Notes under the pieces: generated by a model | Told to the model about the DNA's origin: nothing | Databases searched by the model: none | What the model saw: only the letters and a program-made list of their open reading frames with translations | In this document: positions 18,938 to 28,103 of the stretch, one piece after another | Layout of the letters: each line of letters starts with the position of its first letter | Position numbering within the stretch: the first letter of the stretch is position 1 | Made by a program: the position numbers and the translations under genes | Origin: an uncultured Candidatus Cloacimonadota bacterium | GTDB taxonomy: Bacteria; Cloacimonadota; Cloacimonadia; Cloacimonadales; TCS61 | Assembly: GCA_964578365.1 (NCBI GenBank) | Contig: CAZOCS010000001.1 | Span: 1-59,943, forward strand | DNA length: 59,943 nt | Reading direction: 5' to 3'

Positions 18938-20149
18938 ATGATCATAGATTGGAAGGGTAAATATTCCAAAATAATGAAGGATTTTGAGGGATATTCAATA
19001 GGTAAAATATTCAAATATCTAAATGATCCTGAAATAATCTCTCTTGCCGGAGGTCTTCCTTCACCGGATATGTTTCAAAAAACTCAAATGAGAGAAGTCT
19101 CAAAGAAATTATTAGAAAATAATTTAGAGAATATCTTCCAATATACTGCTGTGACAGGTGAGGAGAGTTTAAAAAATACCGTTATTGAATTCCTGAAGAG
19201 GGATAATATTAAAATTACTAAAGAGCAGATCTTAGTAACTTCATCCGGGCAGCACGGCCTTGATCTTACTGGAAGATTATTCCTCAATTCCGGTGATGTA
19301 ATTATGATAGACCGTCCTACTTTTGCCGGAGCTATTGTGGCTTTTCAAATGCAAAATCCACAGATTGTTGGAATTGATATAGAAGATGACGGACCCGATG
19401 TAGGTGAATATAGGAAAATACTTTCTGGATTAGATAAGAAACCAAAATTCATCTATGTTGTGCCTGATTTTCAAAACCCTACCGGTATTACAACCAGTTT
19501 AGCAAAGCGTGAGGCACTACTAGATCTTAGTTATGAATTTGATATCCCAATAGTGGAAGATAGTCCATATCGTGATCTTCGTTATCGGGGAGAATCTATT
19601 CCTTCAATTTTTTCTCTAGATCAGAGAAGAAATGGAACTAATGTTATCGGGCTTTATACTTTCTCAAAAATTTTCTGTCCTGGTATCAGGGTTGGATTTA
19701 ATATTGGTCCGAAGGAAGTTATTGAGAAAATGGGTAACATTAAAGGTGGGAACATATTAAATACACCCAAATATAATCAGGATCTTTGCACAGCATTTCT
19801 TACAGAGATGGATTACGATGTACATATGGAAAAATGCAAATCATACTACAGCGAGAAACTCAAGATATTTTTGCAATCTATGAAGAAGCGTTTTCCAAGT
19901 GAATGGGGAGTTAAATGGACGAAACCCGAAGGAGGATTATTCTTGTGGGTTTCGCTTCCTAAACAGATCGATACAATGAAGTTATTCTATGAGGCTATCA
20001 AATTTAAAGTAGCTTTTGTTCCGGGAGAGGTTTTCTTTGGTGAAAATCCAAGTAAGAATGAAATGCGGATAAATTTCTCATTTGCCACTAAAGAACAAAT
20101 AGCAGAAGCGGTAAAGAGATTAGCTGAGTGTGTGAAAACTCAAATTTAG
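18938..20149 (+). CDS. PLP-dependent aminotransferase, class I/II fold (paralogue of 8431..9639)
   Basis: SLAGGLPSPDMF, PDFQNPTGIT and TFSKIFCPGIRVGF. The ATG at 18938 follows AGGAG. Confidence 0.85.
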   Translation: MIIDWKGKYSKIMKDFEGYSIGKIFKYLNDPEIISLAGGLPSPDMFQKTQMREVSKKLLENNLENIFQYTAVTGEESLKNTVIEFLKRDNIKITKEQILVTSSGQHGLDLTGRLFLNSGDVIMIDRPTFAGAIVAFQMQNPQIVGIDIEDDGPDVGEYRKILSGLDKKPKFIYVVPDFQNPTGITTSLAKREALLDLSYEFDIPIVEDSPYRDLRYRGESIPSIFSLDQRRNGTNVIGLYTFSKIFCPGIRVGFNIGPKEVIEKMGNIKGGNILNTPKYNQDLCTAFLTEMDYDVHMEKCKSYYSEKLKIFLQSMKKRFPSEWGVKWTKPEGGLFLWVSLPKQIDTMKLFYEAIKFKVAFVPGEVFFGENPSKNEMRINFSFATKEQIAEAVKRLAECVKTQI

Positions 20150-20158
20150 GAGAAATAG

Positions 20159-20951
20159 ATGGATCTTAGAATTGAAGGGAAAGTTGCACTCGTAACCGCT
20201 GCCAGTAAGGGCTTGGGGAAAGCTGTGGCAATTCAATTAGTGTCCGAAGGTGCCAATGTAGTTATCTGTTCCCGTAATTTAGAGTCTTTACAAAAAACAA
20301 AATTTGAAATTAAGAAAAATACAAATAAAGAAATCTCGATCATCGCTTGCGATGTAAAAGTTGAAAAACAAGTGAAACAAATGATAGACTCTGTTATACA
20401 AGAATATGGAACTATTGATATTCTAATTACAAATGCCGGTGGACCTCCCGCTGGTAGTTTTAGTGACTTTAGAGTAGAAGACTACCGGAATGCTGTAGAA
20501 TTAAATTTGCTAAGCACTATTTCACTTTGCCAAAAAAGTGGTTCCATTAATGCAAAAACAAAAATGGGGCAGGATCGTGATGATGACTTCGGTTTCTGTG
20601 AAACAACCTATAGGTAATCTGATCTTATCTAACACTGCACGAACTGGTGTAATAGGATTTATGAAGAGTCTATCTAATGAAGTTGCAAAAGATGGGATCA
20701 CTGTAAACTCTATTTGTCCAGGGTACACTAAAACACAAAGAATAGTAAATTTAGCAAAAGCTTTTACAAAAAGTGGAAATGGAACAATAGAAGACTTTTA
20801 TAAGAAGTTGGAAGCTGAAATTCCAATGAAGAGAATTGGTTCTCCGGAAGAATTTGCTCAATCTGTTGCCTTCCTGGTTTCGGAAGGAGCGGGATATATT
20901 ACTGGAGTTTCTTTGAAAGTAGATGGTGGATTTGCTAAAGGTTTATTTTGA
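20159..20951 (+). pseudogene. Short-chain dehydrogenase/reductase (FabG-like) interrupted by a +1 frameshift in an A6 run
   Basis: The N-terminal part (VALVTAASKGLGKA, ITNAGGPP) is in one frame up to ..STISLCQK. The C-terminal part (VVPLMQKQKWGRIVMMTSVS...VNSICPGYTKT) continues in the +1 frame from 20538. The junction is ccAAAAAAgtg (A at 20532..20537); five A would restore the frame. Confidence 0.8.
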
Positions 20952-21117
20952 TATGTGTTTTAAGATATTGTAGCTGTAGTACTCTGGATTCTTCGAGGGA
21001 GAAGTAGATAGAGTTTCTCAAAAAGACCGAGTGTTGATTGTCTCTCTGAGATTTTCTTACAGAGGCATTCGACGAAGAGTCTAATTTACAAAAAATTAAT
21101 AGAAGTAGGAGAGAAAG

Positions 21118-21465
21118 ATGATGTATAAAGATGTTTATCCCGAGATGATCAAGAATTTACCAGAAATCGAGATAGCACTGGATGGTGTTCGTGGTTGGTT
21201 AATGCAGGATGATACAATATCTGCAGTATTCTTTGAACTTGAACCGATCGGCAAAATTCCCGACCATTCTCATTGTACGCAGTGGGGAATGGTGTTGGAA
21301 GGCAAGATGAAGTTTACTATCGATGGTGAAACAAAGATATACACCAGAGGAGATCGTTATCTTATTCCGGAAGGAATTATTCATTCCGCCGAATTTATAA
21401 CCAAATGTTATGTGATCGACTTTTTTGCAGATCCAAACAGATATAAAAAGAAAAAGGAAAATTAG
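21118..21465 (+). CDS. Cupin-domain protein
   Basis: 115 aa. Cupin motifs DHSHCTQWGMVLEG and GDRYLIPEGIIHS. Confidence 0.8.
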   Translation: MMYKDVYPEMIKNLPEIEIALDGVRGWLMQDDTISAVFFELEPIGKIPDHSHCTQWGMVLEGKMKFTIDGETKIYTRGDRYLIPEGIIHSAEFITKCYVIDFFADPNRYKKKKEN

Positions 21466-21471
21466 ATAATT

Positions 21472-22839
21472 ATGAAGAAAAAGATCAAATATTATTCAAC
21501 AAATTTAAAAGCAGAAGTTGTGGATTTTGAGAGTGCATTATTAAAAGGTTTGGCTCCTGATAAAGGACTTTATGTGCCACAAGAGATCCCTACTTTTACA
21601 AAAGAAGAGATTAATAAATTTTCTCAGATGGATTATTATGAGATCGCCTTTGAAATTGGCAGAAAGTTTTTACACGATCAAATTTCTGATACCGATCTGA
21701 AAGCTATTGTTAAAGATGCGTATAATTATGAAGTTCCGCTGGAAAATGTTTATGACAGGAAATATGTGATGCGGCTGGATCAGGGTCCAACAGCATCTTT
21801 CAAGGATTTTGCAGCAAGAATGATGGGTAGGTTAATGCAATATTATCTCGATAAAGAAAATCGTGAATTGCTTATCCTCACAGCTACTTCCGGTGATACT
21901 GGAAGTGCTATTGCAAACGCATTTTATGGATTAGATAACATTAATGTTCTGGTTCTGTTTCCCAAAAATGAAGTAACAAGCCGACAGCGAAAGCAGATGA
22001 CAACACTGGGTAAGAATGTGCAGATTATTTCAATTAATGCCAAATTTGATGATTGTCAATATCTGGTGAAAGATGCGTTTTCCGATAATGAATTGGATTA
22101 CTTGAATCTTTCATCTGCAAACTCAATAAATATTGGAAGATTGATCCCTCAAATAGTATACTATTTCTATTCCTTTGCCCATTTGAGGAAAAATGAAGAT
22201 GAAGAGGTTATCTTTTCTATCCCATCCGGTAACTTTGGTGATATGATGGGAGGAATGTTCGCAAAGAGGATGGGACTTCCAATTAAGAAATTTATTATTG
22301 CAACTAATGAGAATGATGAATTTCCCACCTTTGTTAAAACAGGAATATATGAAAAAGTAGAGCCATCTAAAAATTGTCTTTCCAGTGCGATGAATGTGGG
22401 ACATCCAAGTAATCTATCACGGTTTATAGCACTTTATGATGGAGTAATGGATGAAACTGGAAATATTAGTAAAACACCTGATTTGATGAGATTACGAGAA
22501 GATGTATACTCAACAAGTATTACAGATGACGAAACTAGAACTATGATCTATGAAGCTTATAATAAACATAAACTTTTATTGGAACCTCACGGTTCTGTCG
22601 GTTGGGCCGGCTTACAGAGGTTCTTGCATGAACATCCTGAATTAGATAATGAAGATCAATTGTGTATTTCATTAGAAACGGCTCATCCTGCTAAATTTCC
22701 GGAGCAGATAGTAGAGATCTTGAATTTTGATCCCAAGCTTCCACCAAGTTTAAAAGGCATTGAAGAGAAAGAAGAATTTTACGATTCGATTGAAAACAAC
22801 TATCAAGCATTCAAAAATTATTTGAAAGAGAAATATTAA
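21472..22839 (+). CDS. thrC: Threonine synthase (long form)
   Basis: PLP-lysine context GPTASFKDFAAR and ATSGDTGSA. Length 455 aa. Confidence 0.9.
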   Translation: MKKKIKYYSTNLKAEVVDFESALLKGLAPDKGLYVPQEIPTFTKEEINKFSQMDYYEIAFEIGRKFLHDQISDTDLKAIVKDAYNYEVPLENVYDRKYVMRLDQGPTASFKDFAARMMGRLMQYYLDKENRELLILTATSGDTGSAIANAFYGLDNINVLVLFPKNEVTSRQRKQMTTLGKNVQIISINAKFDDCQYLVKDAFSDNELDYLNLSSANSINIGRLIPQIVYYFYSFAHLRKNEDEEVIFSIPSGNFGDMMGGMFAKRMGLPIKKFIIATNENDEFPTFVKTGIYEKVEPSKNCLSSAMNVGHPSNLSRFIALYDGVMDETGNISKTPDLMRLREDVYSTSITDDETRTMIYEAYNKHKLLLEPHGSVGWAGLQRFLHEHPELDNEDQLCISLETAHPAKFPEQIVEILNFDPKLPPSLKGIEEKEEFYDSIENNYQAFKNYLKEKY

Positions 22840-22913
22840 AATGATTTTTCCAATATCGAAAAGAAATTTATTTGAATGAAAAATGAATGAGGTTCAATTA
22901 ATTAGGAGGTTAT

Positions 22914-24455
22914 ATGCAACTACATCATCGCTTTATACAAACTGCTAAAAAGTTTAGTAAGAAAATTGCAATTCATGATATTGCCACGGGTAAAGATGTG
23001 CAATATGAAAGAATGTTGATCATATCTTTGATCTTTGCCAAAAAGTTCAAGAAGATCAGTAGTAAATATGTGGGAGTAATGGTTCCAACTTCTGCAGGAT
23101 GTATGCTTACAAATATCGGTCTATTGATGGCTGGGAAAATTCCGGTGATGATAAATTATGGAACTGGAGCAATTGAAAATTCTATCTATGCTCAAGAAAA
23201 ATGTAGTTTCGAAACGATAATCACAAGTAAGAAATTATTGGAAAAACTTAAACTTGATCCTATTGAAGGCATGATATTTTTAGAAGATATTGCAGCGACG
23301 ATCAAGCTTTTTGATAAACTACCAGCCCTTTTCAAATCAAAAGGTTCTGCTAAAAAGATCATAAGATCTGTACATCATGGAGATATGGATGAAACTGCTG
23401 TTATTCTTTTTACGAGTGGCAGCGAGAAAGAACCTAAGGCAGTTCAATTAACACACACAAGTATTATGCACAATGTGAATGGGATTCCGACAATTATGGA
23501 TTTAAGTTCTGATGATATCTTCCTGGCAAACTTACCACTATTCCATGTATTTGGAGTTACTGCTAATTTCTGGTTACCTATTATACTAGGATGTAATATT
23601 GTGGCATATCCTAATCCACTAGATTATAAAATTATCTGTGGATTGATAAAAAAATATAAAGTTACATTAATGGCGGGCACACCCAGTTTCTACTATGGTT
23701 ACTTAAAAAAATCATCACCTGGAGATTTTGCTTCAATGAGAATTGCGATCTCCGGTGCAGATACTTTAACAAATCAGATCTTTGATGGCTTTATGCAAAA
23801 ACATAACCTGACAATTTTAAATGCATATGGAACTACCGAAACAAGTCCTGCGATATCTATAAATACACCTAATGAAAATAAGACTGGAAGTGTGGGCAAA
23901 CCAATTCCTGATGTTCAAGTTAAGATATTGCATATTGATACTGATGAGGAATTACCGGCAAATTCTGTTGGAAAACTCCTTGTAAAAGGTGATATGATAA
24001 TGAAGGGTTATCTTGGTGATCTGGAAGAAACTTCTCTGAGAATTCGTAAAGGCTGGTATGACACAGGAGATATGGGTCTAGTCGATGAGGATGGTTATAT
24101 TTGGCATAAGGGGCGTTTGAAGAGGTTTGTAAAAGTTGGTGGTGAGATGATATCATTGGTTAAGGTGGAAGAGGTATTAAATAAATATCTTCCCGATGAA
24201 GTTATTTGCTGTGTAGTAGATGTGCCTAATCCAACAAAAGGAGCTGATGTTGTTGCTGCTATCACAACAGGTGAGATCGATACGAAAAGCATCGTGAAGA
24301 AGATGGCGAATGATCTACCTGCAATTGCTCTTCCCAGAGAGTTTCACATACTTGAAGATATCCCAATGATGAGTAGCGGAAAAGTTAATTTCCGTGAAGT
24401 TGAAAAACTTTGCAGAAAAATACATAAAGAGAATAACAAAAAGAAAAAATTATAA
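22914..24455 (+). CDS. AMP-dependent synthetase/ligase (acyl-CoA or acyl-ACP synthetase family)
   Basis: AMP-binding motifs ILFTSGSEKEPKAV, YGTTE, GDMG and SGKV. Length 513 aa. Confidence 0.85.
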   Translation: MQLHHRFIQTAKKFSKKIAIHDIATGKDVQYERMLIISLIFAKKFKKISSKYVGVMVPTSAGCMLTNIGLLMAGKIPVMINYGTGAIENSIYAQEKCSFETIITSKKLLEKLKLDPIEGMIFLEDIAATIKLFDKLPALFKSKGSAKKIIRSVHHGDMDETAVILFTSGSEKEPKAVQLTHTSIMHNVNGIPTIMDLSSDDIFLANLPLFHVFGVTANFWLPIILGCNIVAYPNPLDYKIICGLIKKYKVTLMAGTPSFYYGYLKKSSPGDFASMRIAISGADTLTNQIFDGFMQKHNLTILNAYGTTETSPAISINTPNENKTGSVGKPIPDVQVKILHIDTDEELPANSVGKLLVKGDMIMKGYLGDLEETSLRIRKGWYDTGDMGLVDEDGYIWHKGRLKRFVKVGGEMISLVKVEEVLNKYLPDEVICCVVDVPNPTKGADVVAAITTGEIDTKSIVKKMANDLPAIALPREFHILEDIPMMSSGKVNFREVEKLCRKIHKENNKKKKL

Positions 24456-24497
24456 GAGAAAATATAACAGGCAGGCTGTTTACGGATCTAGCTATTG

Positions 24498-24575
24498 ATG
24501 TAAAGCTGCGAAAGTTTTACATTGCGTGTAACAAGGAATTACTTTGTTACTAAATTAATGAAGTAATTCCTTGTT
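24498..24575 (+). other. Two consecutive stable stem-loops: a 7-bp stem capped by a C-GAAA-G tetraloop, and a perfect 15-bp stem
   Basis: atgtaaa(24498..24504)/tttacat(24516..24522) with cGAAAg at 24509..24514. aacaaggaattactt(24530..24544)/aagtaattccttgtt(24561..24575). Confidence 0.7.
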
Positions 24576-24587
24576 CTCAATTGTCCT

Positions 24588-24614
24588 CAGTGGGAATGTC
24601 TACTGTATTTTTTT
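24588..24614 (+). terminator. Probable intrinsic terminator downstream of the AMP-ligase gene
   Basis: cagtgg(24588..24593)/ctactg(24600..24605) stem (one G-U pair) followed by taTTTTTTT (24606..24614). Confidence 0.5.
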
Positions 24615-24677
24615 AACTGGAGCTTGGAAACAAATTTTCGTGATTTTCGCGTGATTAGCGGGAAAAAAAGGATTGAT

Positions 24678-25883
24678 ATGAAGTATATAATCATTTTAGG
24701 TGACGGGATGTCGGATCATCCCATTGAAAAATTAGGAAATAAAACACCGTTGCAAGTGGCAAATATTCCTAATATTGATAAATTAGCAAAAATGGGAAGA
24801 TGTGGCCTCTTCCAGTCTGTACCGCTTGACATGCCGCCTGGTAGTGAAGTTGCCAATTTAGCAGTTTTAGGTTATGATATTCATAAAGTTTATGAGGGCA
24901 GGGGAGTGCTGGAAGGCGCAAGTATGGGAGTGGAAATAAAGAAAGGTGATCTAGCCATGCGCTGTAATCTTATTTGTATTGAGGAAGGAAAAATAAAGAA
25001 TCATTCAGCCGGGCATATCAGTACAGAGGAATCACATATTCTCATAGATTTTTTGAATGAAAAACTGAGTAATGATTTTGTAAAATTCCATAAAGGGATC
25101 AGCTTCCGTCATTTACTTGTTGTAAAGAATGGGAATAACGACCTGCAATTTACACCACCTCACGATGTGCCGGGAACACCCTTTAAAGATGTAATGATAA
25201 AACCAACAAGCAATAATGGGGAAGAAACATGTAAATTACTCAATGATCTTATATTAAGATCACAGGAATTATTGAAAGATCATCCAATTAATAAAAAGCG
25301 TATCGCAAATGGAAAAGATCCGGCTAATTCTGTTTGGTTCTGGTCTTCAGGTTACAAGCCTTCAATGAGAACAATGAATGAGAAATTTGAAATTTCTGGA
25401 GCTGTGATCTCTGCCGTGGATATAATTAAAGGACTTGGAATTTATGCCGGAATGGATGTGATCGAAGTGGAAGGAGCAACCGGACTTACAGATACAAATT
25501 ATGAAGGTAAAGCAGCTGCAGCCGTGGAAGCTATTAAAACTCATGATCTAGTCTATCTGCACGTGGAAGCTACTGATGAAGCAGGTCATTCCGGTGATGC
25601 TGAACTTAAAATAAAAGCACTTGAATATTTAGATGCACGAGTTGTGAAATATGTATTAGAAGAGACTTCCAAACTAGAAGAAGATGTTGCAATAGCTGTT
25701 CTGCCAGATCATTCCACACCTTGCGAAGTGCGAACTCATACACATGATGCTGTTCCTTTTATCATTTACTATCCGAAATTAGATGCAGATGACATCTGCG
25801 AATATAACGAAGAAAGTTGTAAAGCAGGAGGATTCGGTCTGGTAGAAAAGGATGAATTTATCAGGACTTTTCTAAAGAAATAA
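24678..25883 (+). CDS. apgM: Cofactor-independent phosphoglycerate mutase, archaeal type (ApgM family)
   Basis: MKYIIILGDGMSDHP start typical of ApgM. Metal-site contexts HVEATDEAGH and PDHSTP. The ATG at 24678 has an RBS; the track ORF has an 18-codon upstream extension. Confidence 0.88.
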   Translation: MKYIIILGDGMSDHPIEKLGNKTPLQVANIPNIDKLAKMGRCGLFQSVPLDMPPGSEVANLAVLGYDIHKVYEGRGVLEGASMGVEIKKGDLAMRCNLICIEEGKIKNHSAGHISTEESHILIDFLNEKLSNDFVKFHKGISFRHLLVVKNGNNDLQFTPPHDVPGTPFKDVMIKPTSNNGEETCKLLNDLILRSQELLKDHPINKKRIANGKDPANSVWFWSSGYKPSMRTMNEKFEISGAVISAVDIIKGLGIYAGMDVIEVEGATGLTDTNYEGKAAAAVEAIKTHDLVYLHVEATDEAGHSGDAELKIKALEYLDARVVKYVLEETSKLEEDVAIAVLPDHSTPCEVRTHTHDAVPFIIYYPKLDADDICEYNEESCKAGGFGLVEKDEFIRTFLKK

Positions 25884-26046
25884 TAAGATACAATTCTAAT
25901 CATTCAGGATAAGTAATTACTAAAACATTTCTTAATAATTTTAGTCGATTTTCTATATTAACAATATTAAATAATCCGGTTGACAAATTCAGCTTAATTA
26001 AAACTGTCTACTGCATAAAATAAATTTAGAGAATAAGGAGAAAATT

Positions 26047-26250
26047 ATGGCAAGAATGACCGTTGACGCGGAAATGTGTAAAGGCTGTGGTTTATGTATT
26101 CCGGCGTGCCCCAAGAGTATAATAAGATTTTCTGAAAATATTAATTCCAAAGGCTATCACTATTCGGAATGTTTTGATCAAGAAGCTTGTATTGCTTGTA
26201 AGTTATGCTACACAACTTGTCCAGACGTGGCAATTACTGTAGAAAAATAG
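26047..26250 (+). CDS. korD: 2-oxoacid:ferredoxin oxidoreductase delta subunit (2x[4Fe-4S] ferredoxin)
   Basis: Two Cys clusters, CKGCGLCIPACP and CIACKLCYTTCP. Length 67 aa. First gene of a D-A-B-C operon. Confidence 0.85.
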   Translation: MARMTVDAEMCKGCGLCIPACPKSIIRFSENINSKGYHYSECFDQEACIACKLCYTTCPDVAITVEK

Positions 26251-26262
26251 AAGGAGGATATT

Positions 26263-27342
26263 ATGGCTGAAAAAGTATTGATGAAAGGTAATGAAGCAGT
26301 TGCTGAAGCCGCTATCCGTGCAGGTTGCAGGCTTTATTTTGCGTATCCGATCACTCCTCAGAGTGAATTAATAGAATATATGTCGAAAATGATGCCGAAA
26401 GTAGATGGTACTTTTGTGCAAGCAGAAAGTGAAATTGCCGCAATAAATATGGTTTATGGATCATCAGGATGTGGGAGAAGGGTTATGACATCTTCTTCAT
26501 CCCCTGGTATTTCTCTTAAAATGGAAGGGATTTCGTATCTTGCCGGAGCAGAATTACCGGCAGTTATTGTAAATGTTCAGCGTGGTGGTCCGGGTCTTGG
26601 TGATATTCAACCTGCACAAGGAGATTATTTCCAGGCAACTAAAGGTGGAGGTCATGGAGATTACCATCTTATAGTTCTAGCACCAAGCACAGTTCAAGAA
26701 TTTGCCGATATGGCAGACCTGGCTTTTGATCTTGGAGATAAATATAGAAATCCTGTAATGATCCTTTCTGATGGACTTCTAGGACAAATGATGGAACCGG
26801 TTGAGTTCCAACCATACAAAACAGAAGAGGAACTGAAACAACTTGATGAACAACATTTTGATTGGTGCATACACCCAAATGAAGATGAGCCAAACCACCA
26901 TCATCATGAGATCAATTCTTTAGAGATCGATCCCCTGGTTTTAGAGCAGCATGTTATTAAGCTTGGTAAGAAATATGATGAGGTCACAAAAAATGAAATA
27001 AGATATGAAGAATATAATATTTCTGATGATAATGAAGTAGTTGTTGTTTCATTTGGAACAGCAGCCAGAATAGCAAAATCCGCAATCGATGAATTGCAGG
27101 AAGCAGGTAAGAGTGTAGGTATGATAAGACCTATCACTGTTTGGCCGTATCCTTATGATGCTATTAAGAACGTGCTTCACGACAAAGTTAAAAAGATTGT
27201 AGTTTGCGAATTGAACCTTGGTCAAATGGTTGAGGATGTGAAACTGGCAGTTAATGGGAAAATACCAGTAGAGTTCATTGGCAAAGTCGGTGGTATTTTA
27301 TTTACACCAGATGAAATTAAAGCTAAGATCTTGGATAAATAG
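26263..27342 (+). CDS. korA: 2-oxoacid:ferredoxin oxidoreductase alpha subunit (2-oxoglutarate type likely; substrate not provable from sequence)
   Basis: MKGNEAVAEAAIRAGC..YPITPQSE start typical of KorA/OorA. Length 359 aa. Contains a HHHH run (EPNHHHHE). Confidence 0.88.
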   Translation: MAEKVLMKGNEAVAEAAIRAGCRLYFAYPITPQSELIEYMSKMMPKVDGTFVQAESEIAAINMVYGSSGCGRRVMTSSSSPGISLKMEGISYLAGAELPAVIVNVQRGGPGLGDIQPAQGDYFQATKGGGHGDYHLIVLAPSTVQEFADMADLAFDLGDKYRNPVMILSDGLLGQMMEPVEFQPYKTEEELKQLDEQHFDWCIHPNEDEPNHHHHEINSLEIDPLVLEQHVIKLGKKYDEVTKNEIRYEEYNISDDNEVVVVSFGTAARIAKSAIDELQEAGKSVGMIRPITVWPYPYDAIKNVLHDKVKKIVVCELNLGQMVEDVKLAVNGKIPVEFIGKVGGILFTPDEIKAKILDK

Positions 27343-27347
27343 GGGGA

Positions 27348-28103
27348 ATGATGGAAATTATTGCACAAAGACCAAAATCATTAACTGATATACAATTTAC
27401 ATACTGTCCCGGTTGTACTCACGGTATTTCCCATAGAATTATAGCAGAATCTATAGACGAACTTGAAATGAGAAACCAAATGATGGGTGTTGCTCCGGTT
27501 GGATGTTCTGTTTTTGCATACAAATTCTTTAATTTCGATATGGCGGAAGCTGCTCATGGAAGAGCACCAGCTGTTGCTACAGGAATGAAAAGAGCTCGAC
27601 CCGATATGCATGTTTTTACCTATCAGGGAGATGGTGATCTAGCTGCAATAGGAACTGCTGAGATCGTTCATGCAGCTAACAGGGGAGAGAATATTACAGT
27701 ATTCTTCGTGAATAATGCAATTTATGGGATGACGGGTGGTCAGATGGCTCCCACAACTCTACCTGGTATGAAAACTTCGACCTCACCTTATGGAAGAGAT
27801 GAAAAAGATATTGGTTATCCCATACAAGCTTGTGAATTAATAAATTCTCTTAGAGCACCATATTTTATCGAGCGAGTTTCACTACTTTCTCCTCAAGATA
27901 TTATTAAAGCTAAAAGAGTTGTAAAAAAAGCTCTTCAATTTAACAAAGAAGAGAGAGGTTTTACTTTTGTAGAGTTTGTTTCTACCTGTCCTACAAATTG
28001 GGGAATAGCACCTGTTGAAGCATTGAAATGGGCAAAAGAGAACATGTTACCTTTCTTCCCACTTGGTAATTTCCGTGACAGATCCATAGAAGGGGGCGAA
28101 TAA
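27348..28103 (+). CDS. korB: 2-oxoacid:ferredoxin oxidoreductase beta subunit (TPP-binding)
   Basis: YCPGCTHG and TPP motif GDGDLAAIG...NNAIYGMTGGQ. Length 251 aa. Confidence 0.9.
   Translation: MMEIIAQRPKSLTDIQFTYCPGCTHGISHRIIAESIDELEMRNQMMGVAPVGCSVFAYKFFNFDMAEAAHGRAPAVATGMKRARPDMHVFTYQGDGDLAAIGTAEIVHAANRGENITVFFVNNAIYGMTGGQMAPTTLPGMKTSTSPYGRDEKDIGYPIQACELINSLRAPYFIERVSLLSPQDIIKAKRVVKKALQFNKEERGFTFVEFVSTCPTNWGIAPVEALKWAKENMLPFFPLGNFRDRSIEGGE

Noticed and set aside
24624-24677. N-terminal extensions of track ORFs (24624 for apgM; also 49478..49624 for folK, 41567..41671 for batA, 52740..52802 for plsY, 29377..29412 and 30817..30828 for the lipoproteins)
   Set aside because: Internal ATGs give family-typical N-termini (MKYIIILGDG, MYCYLGLGSNLG, MLEYVNPKWFW, MNIIIAFF, and lipoprotein signal peptides). 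They have an RBS or avoid long overlaps with the upstream gene.
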